From an uncultured archaeon (GTDB lineage: Archaea > Iainarchaeota > Iainarchaeia > Iainarchaeales > DATDZZ01), in assembly GCA_964373795.1 (NCBI GenBank), contig CAYJVY010000013.1:1-29860 (forward strand): a DNA stretch of 29,860 bases. Reading direction: 5' to 3'. Under the pieces are notes generated by a model. It had not been told where the DNA came from, made no database searches, and saw only the letters and a list, made by a program, of their open reading frames with translations. Of this stretch, positions 5,757 to 13,938 are shown one piece after another. Position 1 is the stretch's first letter, and the number at the start of each line of letters is the position of its first letter. A program made the translations under genes and the position numbers.

Positions 5757-6959
5757 TTATTCACTTTTTTTGAAATGCAAAAAAGCAAAGATTGCTAGTC
5801 CAATTAACAGTAATGCAGCTGCAATTGGAATAGTGTAATCAGTTTTTTCTTCTTCAAAAAATAGGTTAATTCCTTCACAATTTTTTTCTTTTTCAACATT
5901 GTTTTGATCAGTGAATTTTATTTTACAGTTGACTTCAATTTTTCCTTCTTTTAATCCAGTAATACTTGTTTTTACATTAGTTTCTTTTCTTGCCTCAATT
6001 AAGTTTATTAGAATTATTTCTTCTTTTAGTTTTCCGCCTTGCCCTGTACTTAATTCTAGTTTAATGTTTTCAGCATTTGCATTTGATTCGTTTTTTACAG
6101 TAATTTTTACTTCTGTTTCTTTTCCTGTTTTATTTATTTTGTTTTCGCTTAAAATGAATCCACTTAATTCTAAAGGTTTTTCCTGGACTTTTATGCTGAT
6201 TAAATTTGATTTTACTTGAATTGTTTCACCAAAAATATTTTTATACTCTAATACTGCTTTTGGGATACTCATTTCAATTGCCAGCTTTGGGAAAACAGTG
6301 TAAGAAAATTTTTTCTCTCCTTTTGCTGGAACTACTTCATTGAATTCTAATTTGCTTGAACTAATTTCAACTGCTCTTAAATCCCATGCTTGAGAAGTAA
6401 TTTTTACATTTGCGTCCTTGCTTCCATAATTTTTTGCTTTAATAACTATTTCTAATGGTTCAAAAGTGTAAGGGGTTTCATTTAACTCTATTGAAAAGCT
6501 GTCTTCTTTTGAAAAATCAGGTATTTCATAGGTTCCAATCAATGAATTTTTTAATACTTGAATTCCAACAATTGAATCAAATGTTTCTCCGCAAAGCTTG
6601 AACAGGTTTTCTTTTCCTGCAACATTTCTTGGAAGAATAATTCTTCCCCAATTATTTACAAATTCTCCTGCTTTTAATTCTGAAACCAAGTTTCCATCTG
6701 GTTTAAATAATTTTATAAAAGCTTTTCCTTGATTGTTTGGAGAAAAAATTGTATTTAATGAAATAATATTATATTTTCCTTCACCTAAATGTTCTTGCTT
6801 TAAAGAAAAATTTAAATCAATGCATTGATTTGAATCCTTTTCATTAACTAATAATTCATTTAATTTCAAGTCTTCAAAAGAGTGTTCTTCTAAAACATTT
6901 CCATAAGCAATTCCTAAGAAAAACAAAAAAACAGTTATGCATATAATTTTATTTAACAT
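5757..6959 (-). CDS. Membrane-anchored surface protein with Ig-like (CARDB-type) repeats
   Basis: N-terminal signal-like 'MLNKIICITVFLFFLGIAYG' and C-terminal TM 'IPIAAALLLIGLAIFAFLHFKK'. Internal segments such as 'EVKITVKNESNANAENIKLELS' and 'IVIKAKNYGSKDANVKITS' look like CARDB-type beta-sandwich repeats. Confidence 0.55.
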   Translation of the reverse strand: MLNKIICITVFLFFLGIAYGNVLEEHSFEDLKLNELLVNEKDSNQCIDLNFSLKQEHLGEGKYNIISLNTIFSPNNQGKAFIKLFKPDGNLVSELKAGEFVNNWGRIILPRNVAGKENLFKLCGETFDSIVGIQVLKNSLIGTYEIPDFSKEDSFSIELNETPYTFEPLEIVIKAKNYGSKDANVKITSQAWDLRAVEISSSKLEFNEVVPAKGEKKFSYTVFPKLAIEMSIPKAVLEYKNIFGETIQVKSNLISIKVQEKPLELSGFILSENKINKTGKETEVKITVKNESNANAENIKLELSTGQGGKLKEEIILINLIEARKETNVKTSITGLKEGKIEVNCKIKFTDQNNVEKEKNCEGINLFFEEEKTDYTIPIAAALLLIGLAIFAFLHFKKSE

Positions 6960-7434
6960 TTAATCCCTTTCTCTTTAATTCTTTTATTATTTTTTCCTGC
7001 AATTTTTTCAATGTACTATTATTTTGTACTTCAATAATGTTTTTATAATTTCTTCTTGCATGTTTTTTGCAATAACTTGTTTCTTCGCAAAAAGCGTTAT
7101 CCAATGCTTTTTCATAACTGTATTTTCTTTTCACTAATCTTTTTTCAATTATTTCTGGATTTGCTTTAAGTAATATACATATGTCTACTTTTAACTTAAT
7201 TTCTGCCAATAAATGCCCTTCCAAAATTAGGTTTGCATTTTTCTTCAACTCTATTTCTATGTTTTTTTTTAATTTATTTAATGGAATAACTATTTCTTTT
7301 CCTTCAAATTCAGCTATGTGTTTTTTTAAAGAAAAATTTTTTTCATTAATTAATTTAAAACCAGTTTTTTTACTAAGCCATTTTGCAAGACTTGTTTTAC
7401 CTGTTCCAGGAGTGCCAGTAATTAGAATGTGCAT
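6949..7434 (-). CDS. Fap7/adenylate-kinase-like P-loop NTPase
   Basis: 'MHILITGTPGTGKTSLAKWLSKKTGFKLIN' has a Walker A motif at the extreme N-terminus. The 161-aa size is typical of archaeal Fap7-type putative adenylate kinases. It overlaps the downstream gene start by 11 nt. Confidence 0.7.
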   Translation of the reverse strand: MHILITGTPGTGKTSLAKWLSKKTGFKLINEKNFSLKKHIAEFEGKEIVIPLNKLKKNIEIELKKNANLILEGHLLAEIKLKVDICILLKANPEIIEKRLVKRKYSYEKALDNAFCEETSYCKKHARRNYKNIIEVQNNSTLKKLQEKIIKELKRKGLNVK

Positions 7435-7485
7435 GCAAATTTTTAAATAGCAAAGAATTTTATAATGTGTTTTTAAAAAAAGAAT

Positions 7486-7513
7486 AACGGCTTTCCTTGA
7501 AAGCCGTTTTTTT
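7486..7513. terminator. GC hairpin with flanking T-runs downstream of the histone gene
   Basis: AACGGCTTTC-CTT-GAAAGCCGTT (7486..7508) is followed by TTTTT on the plus strand and by ATTCTTTTTTT on the minus strand. It lies 20 nt past the histone stop codon. Confidence 0.55.
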
Positions 7514-7527
7514 GGTTAGGGGTGAGT

Positions 7528-7728
7528 TTAATTTTGAGCCAACTTAATGTCTTCTGCAACAATAGTGTTTCTTCCAGCTCTTTTTGCAAGTGCAATAGCT
7601 GAATCAGCGATTTTTTTTCCATCTTGTTCAAGTATTTTTGCTAACTCTTTTATAGCATTATAACTAACTTTTCTTGCTCCTCCGTCTTTTAATAATTCAT
7701 TTGAAAGTTCTTTTCCTGGTTGCTTCAT
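7528..7728 (-). CDS. Archaeal histone (HMf-like histone fold)
   Basis: 'ELSNELLKDGGARKVSYNAIKELAKILEQDGKKIADSAIALAKRAGRNTIVAEDIKLA' aligns by eye with HMfB '...[53 protein letters not shown]'. I prefer the ATG at 7728 (66 aa) over the TTG at 7752, because a TATA box sits at 7756..7763. Confidence 0.85.
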   Translation of the reverse strand: MKQPGKELSNELLKDGGARKVSYNAIKELAKILEQDGKKIADSAIALAKRAGRNTIVAEDIKLAQN

Positions 7729-7755
7729 TTCAATCAATACTACTACGTGCAACCC

Positions 7756-7763
7756 TATATAAA
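7756..7763 (-). promoter_or_regulatory. TATA box of the histone gene
   Basis: The minus strand reads TTTATATA, about 30 nt upstream of the ATG at 7728. Confidence 0.45.
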
Positions 7764-8245
7764 TACTTTTCGCTAAAAATAACCTTTTTTTGAGCCTTAT
7801 TTTATATAATAATATTTATTTAAAGATTAAATAAAAAACGGAGCTTTAAATGGGCTTTTTTCACGGCTATTTATGTAGAAGTGCTTGTTTTTTCGTCAAT
7901 TGTTTTTCTGTAGAAAAATTCAAAAAAGCACGTTATGTATATGCATGTTTTTTTAGGGTAATTTTTACTTTTTATTTATCAATAAGCTTAGTTTAAAATT
8001 TTTTAAAATTAGTCAATTATTTTTATTTTTTAAACTTTTTCAATTTTTTCTTTAATTTTTTTTCAAGAAATTGGCTTTAACATAATAATCTCAGCTTCCA
8101 GCCTGTTTCTTTGTAATTGTTTTATATTTTCTCTTCAAAATTTTTTCTGTTTTTAGTTTTTCAATTTATGTTTATGTTAATCTATTCTGAAAATTAGATT
8201 TTTTCTTTTGGGAAAAGAGTTTTTCCTTATCCATTTTTCAACAGA

Positions 8246-9757
8246 TTAAAGTTTTTTTACTATTCCTTTTGATGCATTAACTTCAACAAGGTCTCCGTCT
8301 TTCAATACCTTTGTTGCAACTTTTGTTCCAATAACACATGGTATTTTTAATTCCCTTGAAACAATTGCTGCATGGCAAGTAATTCCTCCACTGTCTGTGA
8401 CAATTGCAGCAGCTTTTTTCATTGCAGGTACTAAACCTGGGTGTGTTTGCTTGCTTACAAGAATATCTCCTTCTTCCATTTTCTTCATTTCTTCAGTTGT
8501 ATTAATTATTTTCACAATTCCTTTTCCTTCACCATGGCAAGCACAGCTTCCCTTTAATTCTGACATTGATTTTACTTCTTCTTCTTTTATTTTTGCAGCA
8601 AATTTTTTTGCTGTTTCTTCTTCAAACACTGCATACTCTTTTTTGAATGCAACTGTTACATTATATTTCACTCTTTCCCTTAACCTCTTTTGATCAACTA
8701 TTTCATTCAATAAAGCGTTTTTTGTTTCTTCAGGAGTAAGACATCTTGTTTCTTGCAAAGAAATGTAAATTCTTTTGCTCACTTCTTTCAATAGTTTTTC
8801 CATATAACAATAAGCTTTGTAGAGCATGTCTTTTCTATAACCTTTTAAGTGTACTATGTCTCTTGAAACCTTGAACAAAAACTCGAATTCTTTTTCTGGT
8901 TTGACTTTTTCAGTGTATTCTTTTTGTCTTTTTTCTACGTGTTTTTTTCTTTCATAGAAGTTTTCTAGCTGGGTTTTTATTAGTTTTTCATCGTTTAAAT
9001 GGTCTAGCAAAAATTTGCAAATGTCTTCCCTTGTCCATGTAGGGCCTTCATAATTGTATGGAACCCAAAAAAACTTTTGGAAGTGTTTTTCAAACATTTT
9101 TTTCAATTCAAGGGAATTTTCTATTTGTTTCAGCAATTCTTTTGGCACTGTTTTTTTGCTTGTTTTGATTTTTTGTTGAATTTTTAATGCAAGCAGTAAA
9201 AGACTTTCTCTTTCCATTTGAATGAAATTCTTGTTCAAAGGAGTGCTTAGAGTAGTGAAGTATTTTGGAACATCTTTTTCAGGAATCCGTGTTTTTAAAT
9301 ACCCTAATAATTTATCTGTTAAGAACCCTGTTTTTGCATCAATAAAGCTGAACACTACTCCACTTGAAACAGATAATCTCATGTATTTGCCGAATTCGTT
9401 GTAAATTTCCAAAAGTTCTTTTCCAGATTTTTTGCTTAAATCCTGGAAATGGCTTTTTTCTGCTGCTTTGACCATTTTCTCAGTATAGTGTACAACTTTG
9501 TTGTAAATGTCTTGAAAATAGTCTTTTTCTTTTTGGATTTTCTGGAAAACAATTCTTCCTTGTTCTTGCCATTCTTCTAAACTTGTGCAGAACTTCATTT
9601 CGCCTTTCTTGAATTCGCATAAAACAGTGCTCATGTTTTTTCCAGTGAACTTTTCTAAATCCTCAGTAAAAGCTGGCCCATAAAACCATACAGGAAAAAT
9701 GCTTACAGGTTCATCCCCAACAATTACGCCTACTTCAGGGATATCACTAGGCTTCAT
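8246..9757 (-). CDS. PEP-utilising-enzyme mobile (swivel His) domain protein with an unrecognised N-terminal region
   Basis: The C-terminal ~100 aa 'GKGIVKIINTTEEMKKMEEGDILVSKQTHPGLVPAMKKAAAIVTDSGGITCHAAIVSRELKIPCVIG' matches the phospho-histidine swivel domain (GG-x-T-x-HAAIV-[AS]RE-x-GIPCVVG). The first ~390 aa show no ATP-grasp (PPDK_N) motif that I can recognise. Confidence 0.7.
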   Translation of the reverse strand: MKPSDIPEVGVIVGDEPVSIFPVWFYGPAFTEDLEKFTGKNMSTVLCEFKKGEMKFCTSLEEWQEQGRIVFQKIQKEKDYFQDIYNKVVHYTEKMVKAAEKSHFQDLSKKSGKELLEIYNEFGKYMRLSVSSGVVFSFIDAKTGFLTDKLLGYLKTRIPEKDVPKYFTTLSTPLNKNFIQMERESLLLLALKIQQKIKTSKKTVPKELLKQIENSLELKKMFEKHFQKFFWVPYNYEGPTWTREDICKFLLDHLNDEKLIKTQLENFYERKKHVEKRQKEYTEKVKPEKEFEFLFKVSRDIVHLKGYRKDMLYKAYCYMEKLLKEVSKRIYISLQETRCLTPEETKNALLNEIVDQKRLRERVKYNVTVAFKKEYAVFEEETAKKFAAKIKEEEVKSMSELKGSCACHGEGKGIVKIINTTEEMKKMEEGDILVSKQTHPGLVPAMKKAAAIVTDSGGITCHAAIVSRELKIPCVIGTKVATKVLKDGDLVEVNASKGIVKKL

Positions 9758-9800
9758 AAGCTAATTAGATAACAACCAATATATTAGATTTTTCCCGATT

Positions 9801-10196
9801 TTATCCAAAAGAATTTCCACATCCACAAGTTTTTTGTGCGTTTGGGTTTTTAATTGAAAACCCTGATCCTTGTAATGTTTCAACATAGTCTACTATTGTT
9901 TCTTGCATGAATTGCATGCTTCCTTCGTCTATGTAAATTTTTAATCCATTTTTTTCAAGTATTTTATCGTTTTCTAGTTCTTCGTTTTCAAAATTCATTT
10001 GATAACTGAATCCAGCGCATCCACCAGGAATTACTGAAATTCTTAATCCAAATCCTTCTTTGTTTTCTTGTTTAATGAATTCCTTTATTTTTTTAACTGC
10101 ATTTTCTGTTACAGTAATTAGTTCTCCTGTTTTAGTTTCTTCAATTACTGTTTTAGTGTTTCCTGAACTTTCACATCCTTCTCCACATCCACTCAT
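9801..10196 (-). CDS. iscA: IscA/HesB-family iron-sulfur cluster insertion protein
   Basis: 'ITVTENAVKKIKEFI', 'GGCAGFSYQMNF' and the C-terminal 'CGCGNSFG' are the three conserved Cys contexts of A-type carriers. It has an extra Cys-rich N-terminus (MSGCGEGCES). Confidence 0.85.
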   Translation of the reverse strand: MSGCGEGCESSGNTKTVIEETKTGELITVTENAVKKIKEFIKQENKEGFGLRISVIPGGCAGFSYQMNFENEELENDKILEKNGLKIYIDEGSMQFMQETIVDYVETLQGSGFSIKNPNAQKTCGCGNSFG

Positions 10197-10285
10197 TTAA
10201 TCACTTCTATTAATACTTTTTCACAATTTACTATTTATTTGTTCCGCTCGCTTTTTTTTTAAGAACTTAAGTAATTCTATCAATA

Positions 10286-10316
10286 TCGCTGGATGAATTG
10301 CGCCGGCTGCTTGGTG
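10286..10316 (-). repeat. Degenerate GC-rich junction element (copy D)
   Basis: ATCGCTGGATGAATTGCGCCGGCTGCTTGGTG lies immediately after the FNR-like stop. CGCCGGCTG (10301..10309) is identical to the core of the tandem repeat at 25270..25278, in the same orientation relative to transcription. A second short GC patch, TCCGCTCGC, lies at 10243..10251. Confidence 0.4.
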
Positions 10317-11075
10317 TTACCATTCTTCTTTCTTTATTTGTTCTTTTGAATAACTTTTTTTTTCTAGAATTGAGATTGTGTCTGCAACCATTTGAGGAGG
10401 CCCACAAATATATATTTTTCTTCCATCGCTTGAAGGAAGTTTTTCTTCTAATATATTTGTTATTCTTCCTTGTAATCCATTCCATTCTTTGTGTTCGTGT
10501 TCTTTGCAACTAATTGCTGTGAAAAGTTTAAAGTTTTTTTTGTTTGAAAATTCTTTTAATTCTTTTTCATAAATGAAATCACTTGGACAGCGGAAGCCGT
10601 AATATAATTCTATTTCGCTGTGGGCTTCTTTTTTTATTAGTGTTCTAATCATTGACATTAAAGGAGTTATTCCTGCTCCTGCTCCAATGAAGGTTATTTT
10701 TTTTTCAAATGGTTGTTCTAATTTGAATAATCCGAATGCTGCTTGAATTCCTATTTCGTCTCCTTTTTTTAGTTTTGATAATGGCATTGTAAAAGATGGT
10801 TCTTGTCCTTCTTTTACTGTGTAAGCAAATTCTAAATAGTTTTTTTCCAGTGAACTTGAAGCAATTGAATAGCTTCTTTTAATTATTCTTCCCTCTGAAT
10901 CTTTTATGCTGTCAATTGATAGGTTAGCGAATTGTCCTTCGCTGAATGAAAAGTCTTCTATTCCGGAAAATTTTATTCGTAAAATTTTTGCCCTAGGCGT
11001 TGCATTAAATTGTTCTACTACTATTCCTTTAGTTGAAATGAATTTTGGCATTACTTTTGGTTTTTCTTCGTTCAT
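10317..11075 (-). CDS. Ferredoxin-NADP reductase-type FAD/NAD(P)-binding oxidoreductase
   Basis: 'RSYSIASS' (R-x-Y-S FAD motif), 'FIGAGAGITPLMSM' (NAD(P) binding) and 'IYICGPPQM' are hallmarks of the FNR/PyrK-like family. I see no C-terminal Fe-S Cys cluster. Confidence 0.7.
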   Translation of the reverse strand: MNEEKPKVMPKFISTKGIVVEQFNATPRAKILRIKFSGIEDFSFSEGQFANLSIDSIKDSEGRIIKRSYSIASSSLEKNYLEFAYTVKEGQEPSFTMPLSKLKKGDEIGIQAAFGLFKLEQPFEKKITFIGAGAGITPLMSMIRTLIKKEAHSEIELYYGFRCPSDFIYEKELKEFSNKKNFKLFTAISCKEHEHKEWNGLQGRITNILEEKLPSSDGRKIYICGPPQMVADTISILEKKSYSKEQIKKEEW

Positions 11076-11101
11076 ATTTTCACAAATAGTTTTGAGTAAT
11101 T

Positions 11102-11827
11102 CTAGGTTCCTTTTTTTCTTCTAGTTTTTTTGAAGTAGTTCCATGCAAGGTTTAAGTCTTTTTTAGTTATGTCTGGCCAGTACTTGTTTAAGTGATAGTA
11201 TTCAGAGTAAGCTGATTGCCATAACAGGAATCCTGATTTTGCTTCTCTTGCTTTTTCTTCTTCTCCTGTTCTGATAATGAAGTCGCAGTTGTTTTTTACT
11301 CCTAAGTATTTTTCTAAGTCTTTTTCTGTTAACCCGAATACAAGGTTTTTGATTCTATTCATTGGACTTGAAACTGATCTTAGAATTTCTGTTTGTCCTG
11401 TGTATCCAATTAAAATGTTTAATATTTTTGTTCCATAAAACTTTGTTTCAGCTTTCATGTCATGGAATACATCAATTAGTTTTACTGGAACTTTGTCTTT
11501 TTTTGTGGAAACAAAGTTTACTTGAACTTGGTTTTTGTGAAGAATATCGTCTTTCATTAATTTTTGTAATCCATTGTAATAAATTTGGAATAACCAGTTT
11601 AATTCGTCTGTTGATCTTTTGAAGTTTTCTTCGCTTAACCCGTAAATGCTTATTTCTTTTATGTCTGGTTTTTCTAATGCCCATCTAAGAAATAATTCCA
11701 TTTTTTCTGATCCTTTTCTATGTCCTTCCAGTGGCTGTAAATTGTTTGTTGTAGCCCATCTTCTGTTTCCGTCTGGAATTACTCCAATGTGGTATTTTGT
11801 TAATATTTCTGTTTCCATTTTTACCAT
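11102..11827 (-). CDS. uppS: cis-Prenyltransferase (undecaprenyl/di-trans,poly-cis-polyprenyl diphosphate synthase)
   Basis: 'HIGVIPDGNRRWA' is the catalytic motif, and '...IRTGEE...SGFLLWQSAYSEYY' is the conserved C-terminal region. Its ATG overlaps the GGR stop (7-nt overlap). Confidence 0.85.
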   Translation of the reverse strand: MVKMETEILTKYHIGVIPDGNRRWATTNNLQPLEGHRKGSEKMELFLRWALEKPDIKEISIYGLSEENFKRSTDELNWLFQIYYNGLQKLMKDDILHKNQVQVNFVSTKKDKVPVKLIDVFHDMKAETKFYGTKILNILIGYTGQTEILRSVSSPMNRIKNLVFGLTEKDLEKYLGVKNNCDFIIRTGEEEKAREAKSGFLLWQSAYSEYYHLNKYWPDITKKDLNLAWNYFKKTRRKKGT

Positions 11828-13005
11828 CCGTAAAATTTTGCTCTTGAATATTCAAATGCTTTCATTGCAGTGTACATTCCTTTTGCAATTAATGCTGGGT
11901 TTGCTGTAATTGTTTTTAACGCTACTCCTGCTTTTCCTGTGTATCCAATTGCTGTTAAGTCTTCTGGCAAGGCATTTGCTATTACATTTAATTCATCTTC
12001 TGTAAAAGAATATAATGCATCTTTCCCTTTAACTATTTTATCATATGGAGGAAATTCGTTGCTCCAAAGATTTTTGTATTTTGCAAGCATTTCTTTAGAG
12101 AAATCATTTTTTTCAATTGCTTGTTTTGCTATTTGAGCTGCAAATAATCCTGATTTCATTCCAATATGGCTTCCTCCTTCAAATAAAGGAGAAGTAAATC
12201 CTGCTGCATCCCCTATTAGCATTAATCCTTCTGCAAAAGTGTTTTTTAATGGCCCTGAACAAGGAATTGGCCCGCCAAATGTTTTAACTAAAACCTTTTT
12301 TTCCCAATTCATTTGTTTTACAAATTCATCTAAAAATTTTTTTGCTTTTGGAATTTGATCTGTTACTAATCCAACGTTTGCTCTGCCATTGTTTTTTGGA
12401 ATCATCCATAAATATCCATATGGAGCTAGTTTTGGCCAAATATAGAAATCCAGATATCCATCTGTTGGAATGTCTTTTAATTCGTATTGGATTCCTGTAA
12501 CAATTTTTCCTTTTTCATTTAATTCAAGTTTTCTTGAAACAATTTGTGAAACTCCTGATGCATCAATTAATATTTTTGCTTTGAATTGCTTGCCTTCTTT
12601 TGATGAAACAATCCATTCATTGTTTTCTCTTTTTAAATCAATTAATGGAGTGTCTAATTCAATTTTTGCTCCTTCTTTTTCAGCTATTTTTGCAATCCAT
12701 TGCTCGAATAAATGTTTTTCTAATACATATCCTTTTTCGTTTACGTAAGTGCTTTTATTGTTTGGAAAAATTACTCTTACTCCTTTTACAGGCAATGCAA
12801 CTACAGAGTTTGGGAGCTTTAAACCCAAATTATTTAAAGCTAAATCGCTTAAACATTCTCCGCAATGAACTGGTTCACCAATTGTTTTATGTTCTTCAAT
12901 TAAAAGTGTTTTAAGTCCAAGTTTAGCTGAATTAAATGCGCAAGTGCCTCCTGCAGGTCCTGCTCCAACAATTAATACATCAAATACTTCTTTCATTTCT
13001 TTCAC
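11821..13005 (-). CDS. Geranylgeranyl reductase family flavoprotein (archaeal lipid saturation)
   Basis: 'FDVLIVGAGPAGGTCAFNSAKLGLKTLLIEE' is a GxGxxG FAD fold, followed by 'PVHCGE'. The 394-aa size and operon link with a prenyltransferase fit digeranylgeranylglycerophospholipid reductases. Confidence 0.8.
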   Translation of the reverse strand: MKEMKEVFDVLIVGAGPAGGTCAFNSAKLGLKTLLIEEHKTIGEPVHCGECLSDLALNNLGLKLPNSVVALPVKGVRVIFPNNKSTYVNEKGYVLEKHLFEQWIAKIAEKEGAKIELDTPLIDLKRENNEWIVSSKEGKQFKAKILIDASGVSQIVSRKLELNEKGKIVTGIQYELKDIPTDGYLDFYIWPKLAPYGYLWMIPKNNGRANVGLVTDQIPKAKKFLDEFVKQMNWEKKVLVKTFGGPIPCSGPLKNTFAEGLMLIGDAAGFTSPLFEGGSHIGMKSGLFAAQIAKQAIEKNDFSKEMLAKYKNLWSNEFPPYDKIVKGKDALYSFTEDELNVIANALPEDLTAIGYTGKAGVALKTITANPALIAKGMYTAMKAFEYSRAKFYGW

Positions 13006-13358
13006 TATTAAAAATTGGTGCCAATAGTTATAAAAAATTAATTCTGTCAGGCGTGAGTTGCAGAAAAGAAAATATGTATTTGCCAGCTTGGTTTTTATAC
13101 TTGTTTTTTGCTACATATTAATGATTTAATAATGCCTTTAAAGAGTAAAAGAATTCTTGTACCAAAAATTGTAAGCTTTAATGTGGATTCAGTTAGAGGT
13201 TATCAAAGAGAGGGTACAAAGGCGTTTGTAGCTTTGGGCACGAGATTGCCTAAAAATCTTTCAAAAGGAGAAAAGCAAGAAGGTTAAGAGAGTTTGCACA
13301 TGAGTCTTCTCATTATATTAAAACAGTTAGTCCTCGTAATAGAAGAATTAGAGAAGTT

Positions 13359-13868
13359 TTGAAAAAAGCTGGAATAAGGATTGAAAAAGAGTTAGAGGAT
13401 TTAAGGAATGGAATTTCTTTGTTTGAAAGAGAAGGAGTTGGATTGGGTTCAGAGGAGGGAATGAAAATATTTATTAAAAATCCTTTTCACTTCATTGAAC
13501 AAATTGAAGAACTTGTTGCAAAAATTCATAGTTTAGGAATAGTTCATGGCCATCTTCATATTGGTAATTTTGCTGTAACTGGAGAAGGAGAATTAATTTT
13601 ACTGGATTTAGGCAAGGCAAGAATTTTCGGTTTTCCTGAAAAGCCTCAAAAGAAATGGGCTTACAGAAAGTTTTACAATGAATTGTGGATTATAGCTCAT
13701 TCACTTGTTTCAATGTATGCCCTGTCTTCAAAAGGAGCATTCCTTTTAGATCCTTCAGCAAGACAAGAATTGAGAAATGCAATTGTTTTAGGCATTGTCA
13801 CAAATTATTCTCCTGAGCTGAAAAAAGTTGCAATGATTGATTTTGATTTGCTTACAAAATGGAAATAA
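13359..13868 (+). CDS. Protein-kinase-fold (Bud32/RIO/Kdo-like) C-lobe protein with an atypical catalytic loop
   Basis: 'IEELVAKIHSLGIVHGHLHIGNFAVTGEGELILLDLGKARIF' parallels 'HGDL-x-x-x-N ... DFG' of small atypical kinases. It reads HGHL instead of HGDL and DLG instead of DFG. The only start in this frame is TTG 13359; see the finding on an upstream out-of-frame ATG ORF. Confidence 0.5.
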   Translation: MKKAGIRIEKELEDLRNGISLFEREGVGLGSEEGMKIFIKNPFHFIEQIEELVAKIHSLGIVHGHLHIGNFAVTGEGELILLDLGKARIFGFPEKPQKKWAYRKFYNELWIIAHSLVSMYALSSKGAFLLDPSARQELRNAIVLGIVTNYSPELKKVAMIDFDLLTKWK

Positions 13869-13938
13869 TTGATTAAATCTAATTTATAATTATTTAAACT
13901 TTTTCTAGCTTTATTATTGCATTTTTTGAGATGATTAA

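Noticed and set aside
234-12914. Numerous 60-105-aa ORFs antisense to, or nested in, longer genes (for example 234..485, 639..839, 1600..1800, 2914..3099, 5911..6219, 7181..7450, 8397..8693, 9222..9404, 10267..10509, 10298..10513, 10906..11124, 11362..11622, 11472..11684, 11646..11909, 11870..12136, 12470..12748, 12600..12914).
   Set aside because: All lie inside well-supported genes on the other strand or frame. They are Leu/Phe/Ile/Ser-rich, as expected from antisense AT-rich coding DNA, and carry no motifs.
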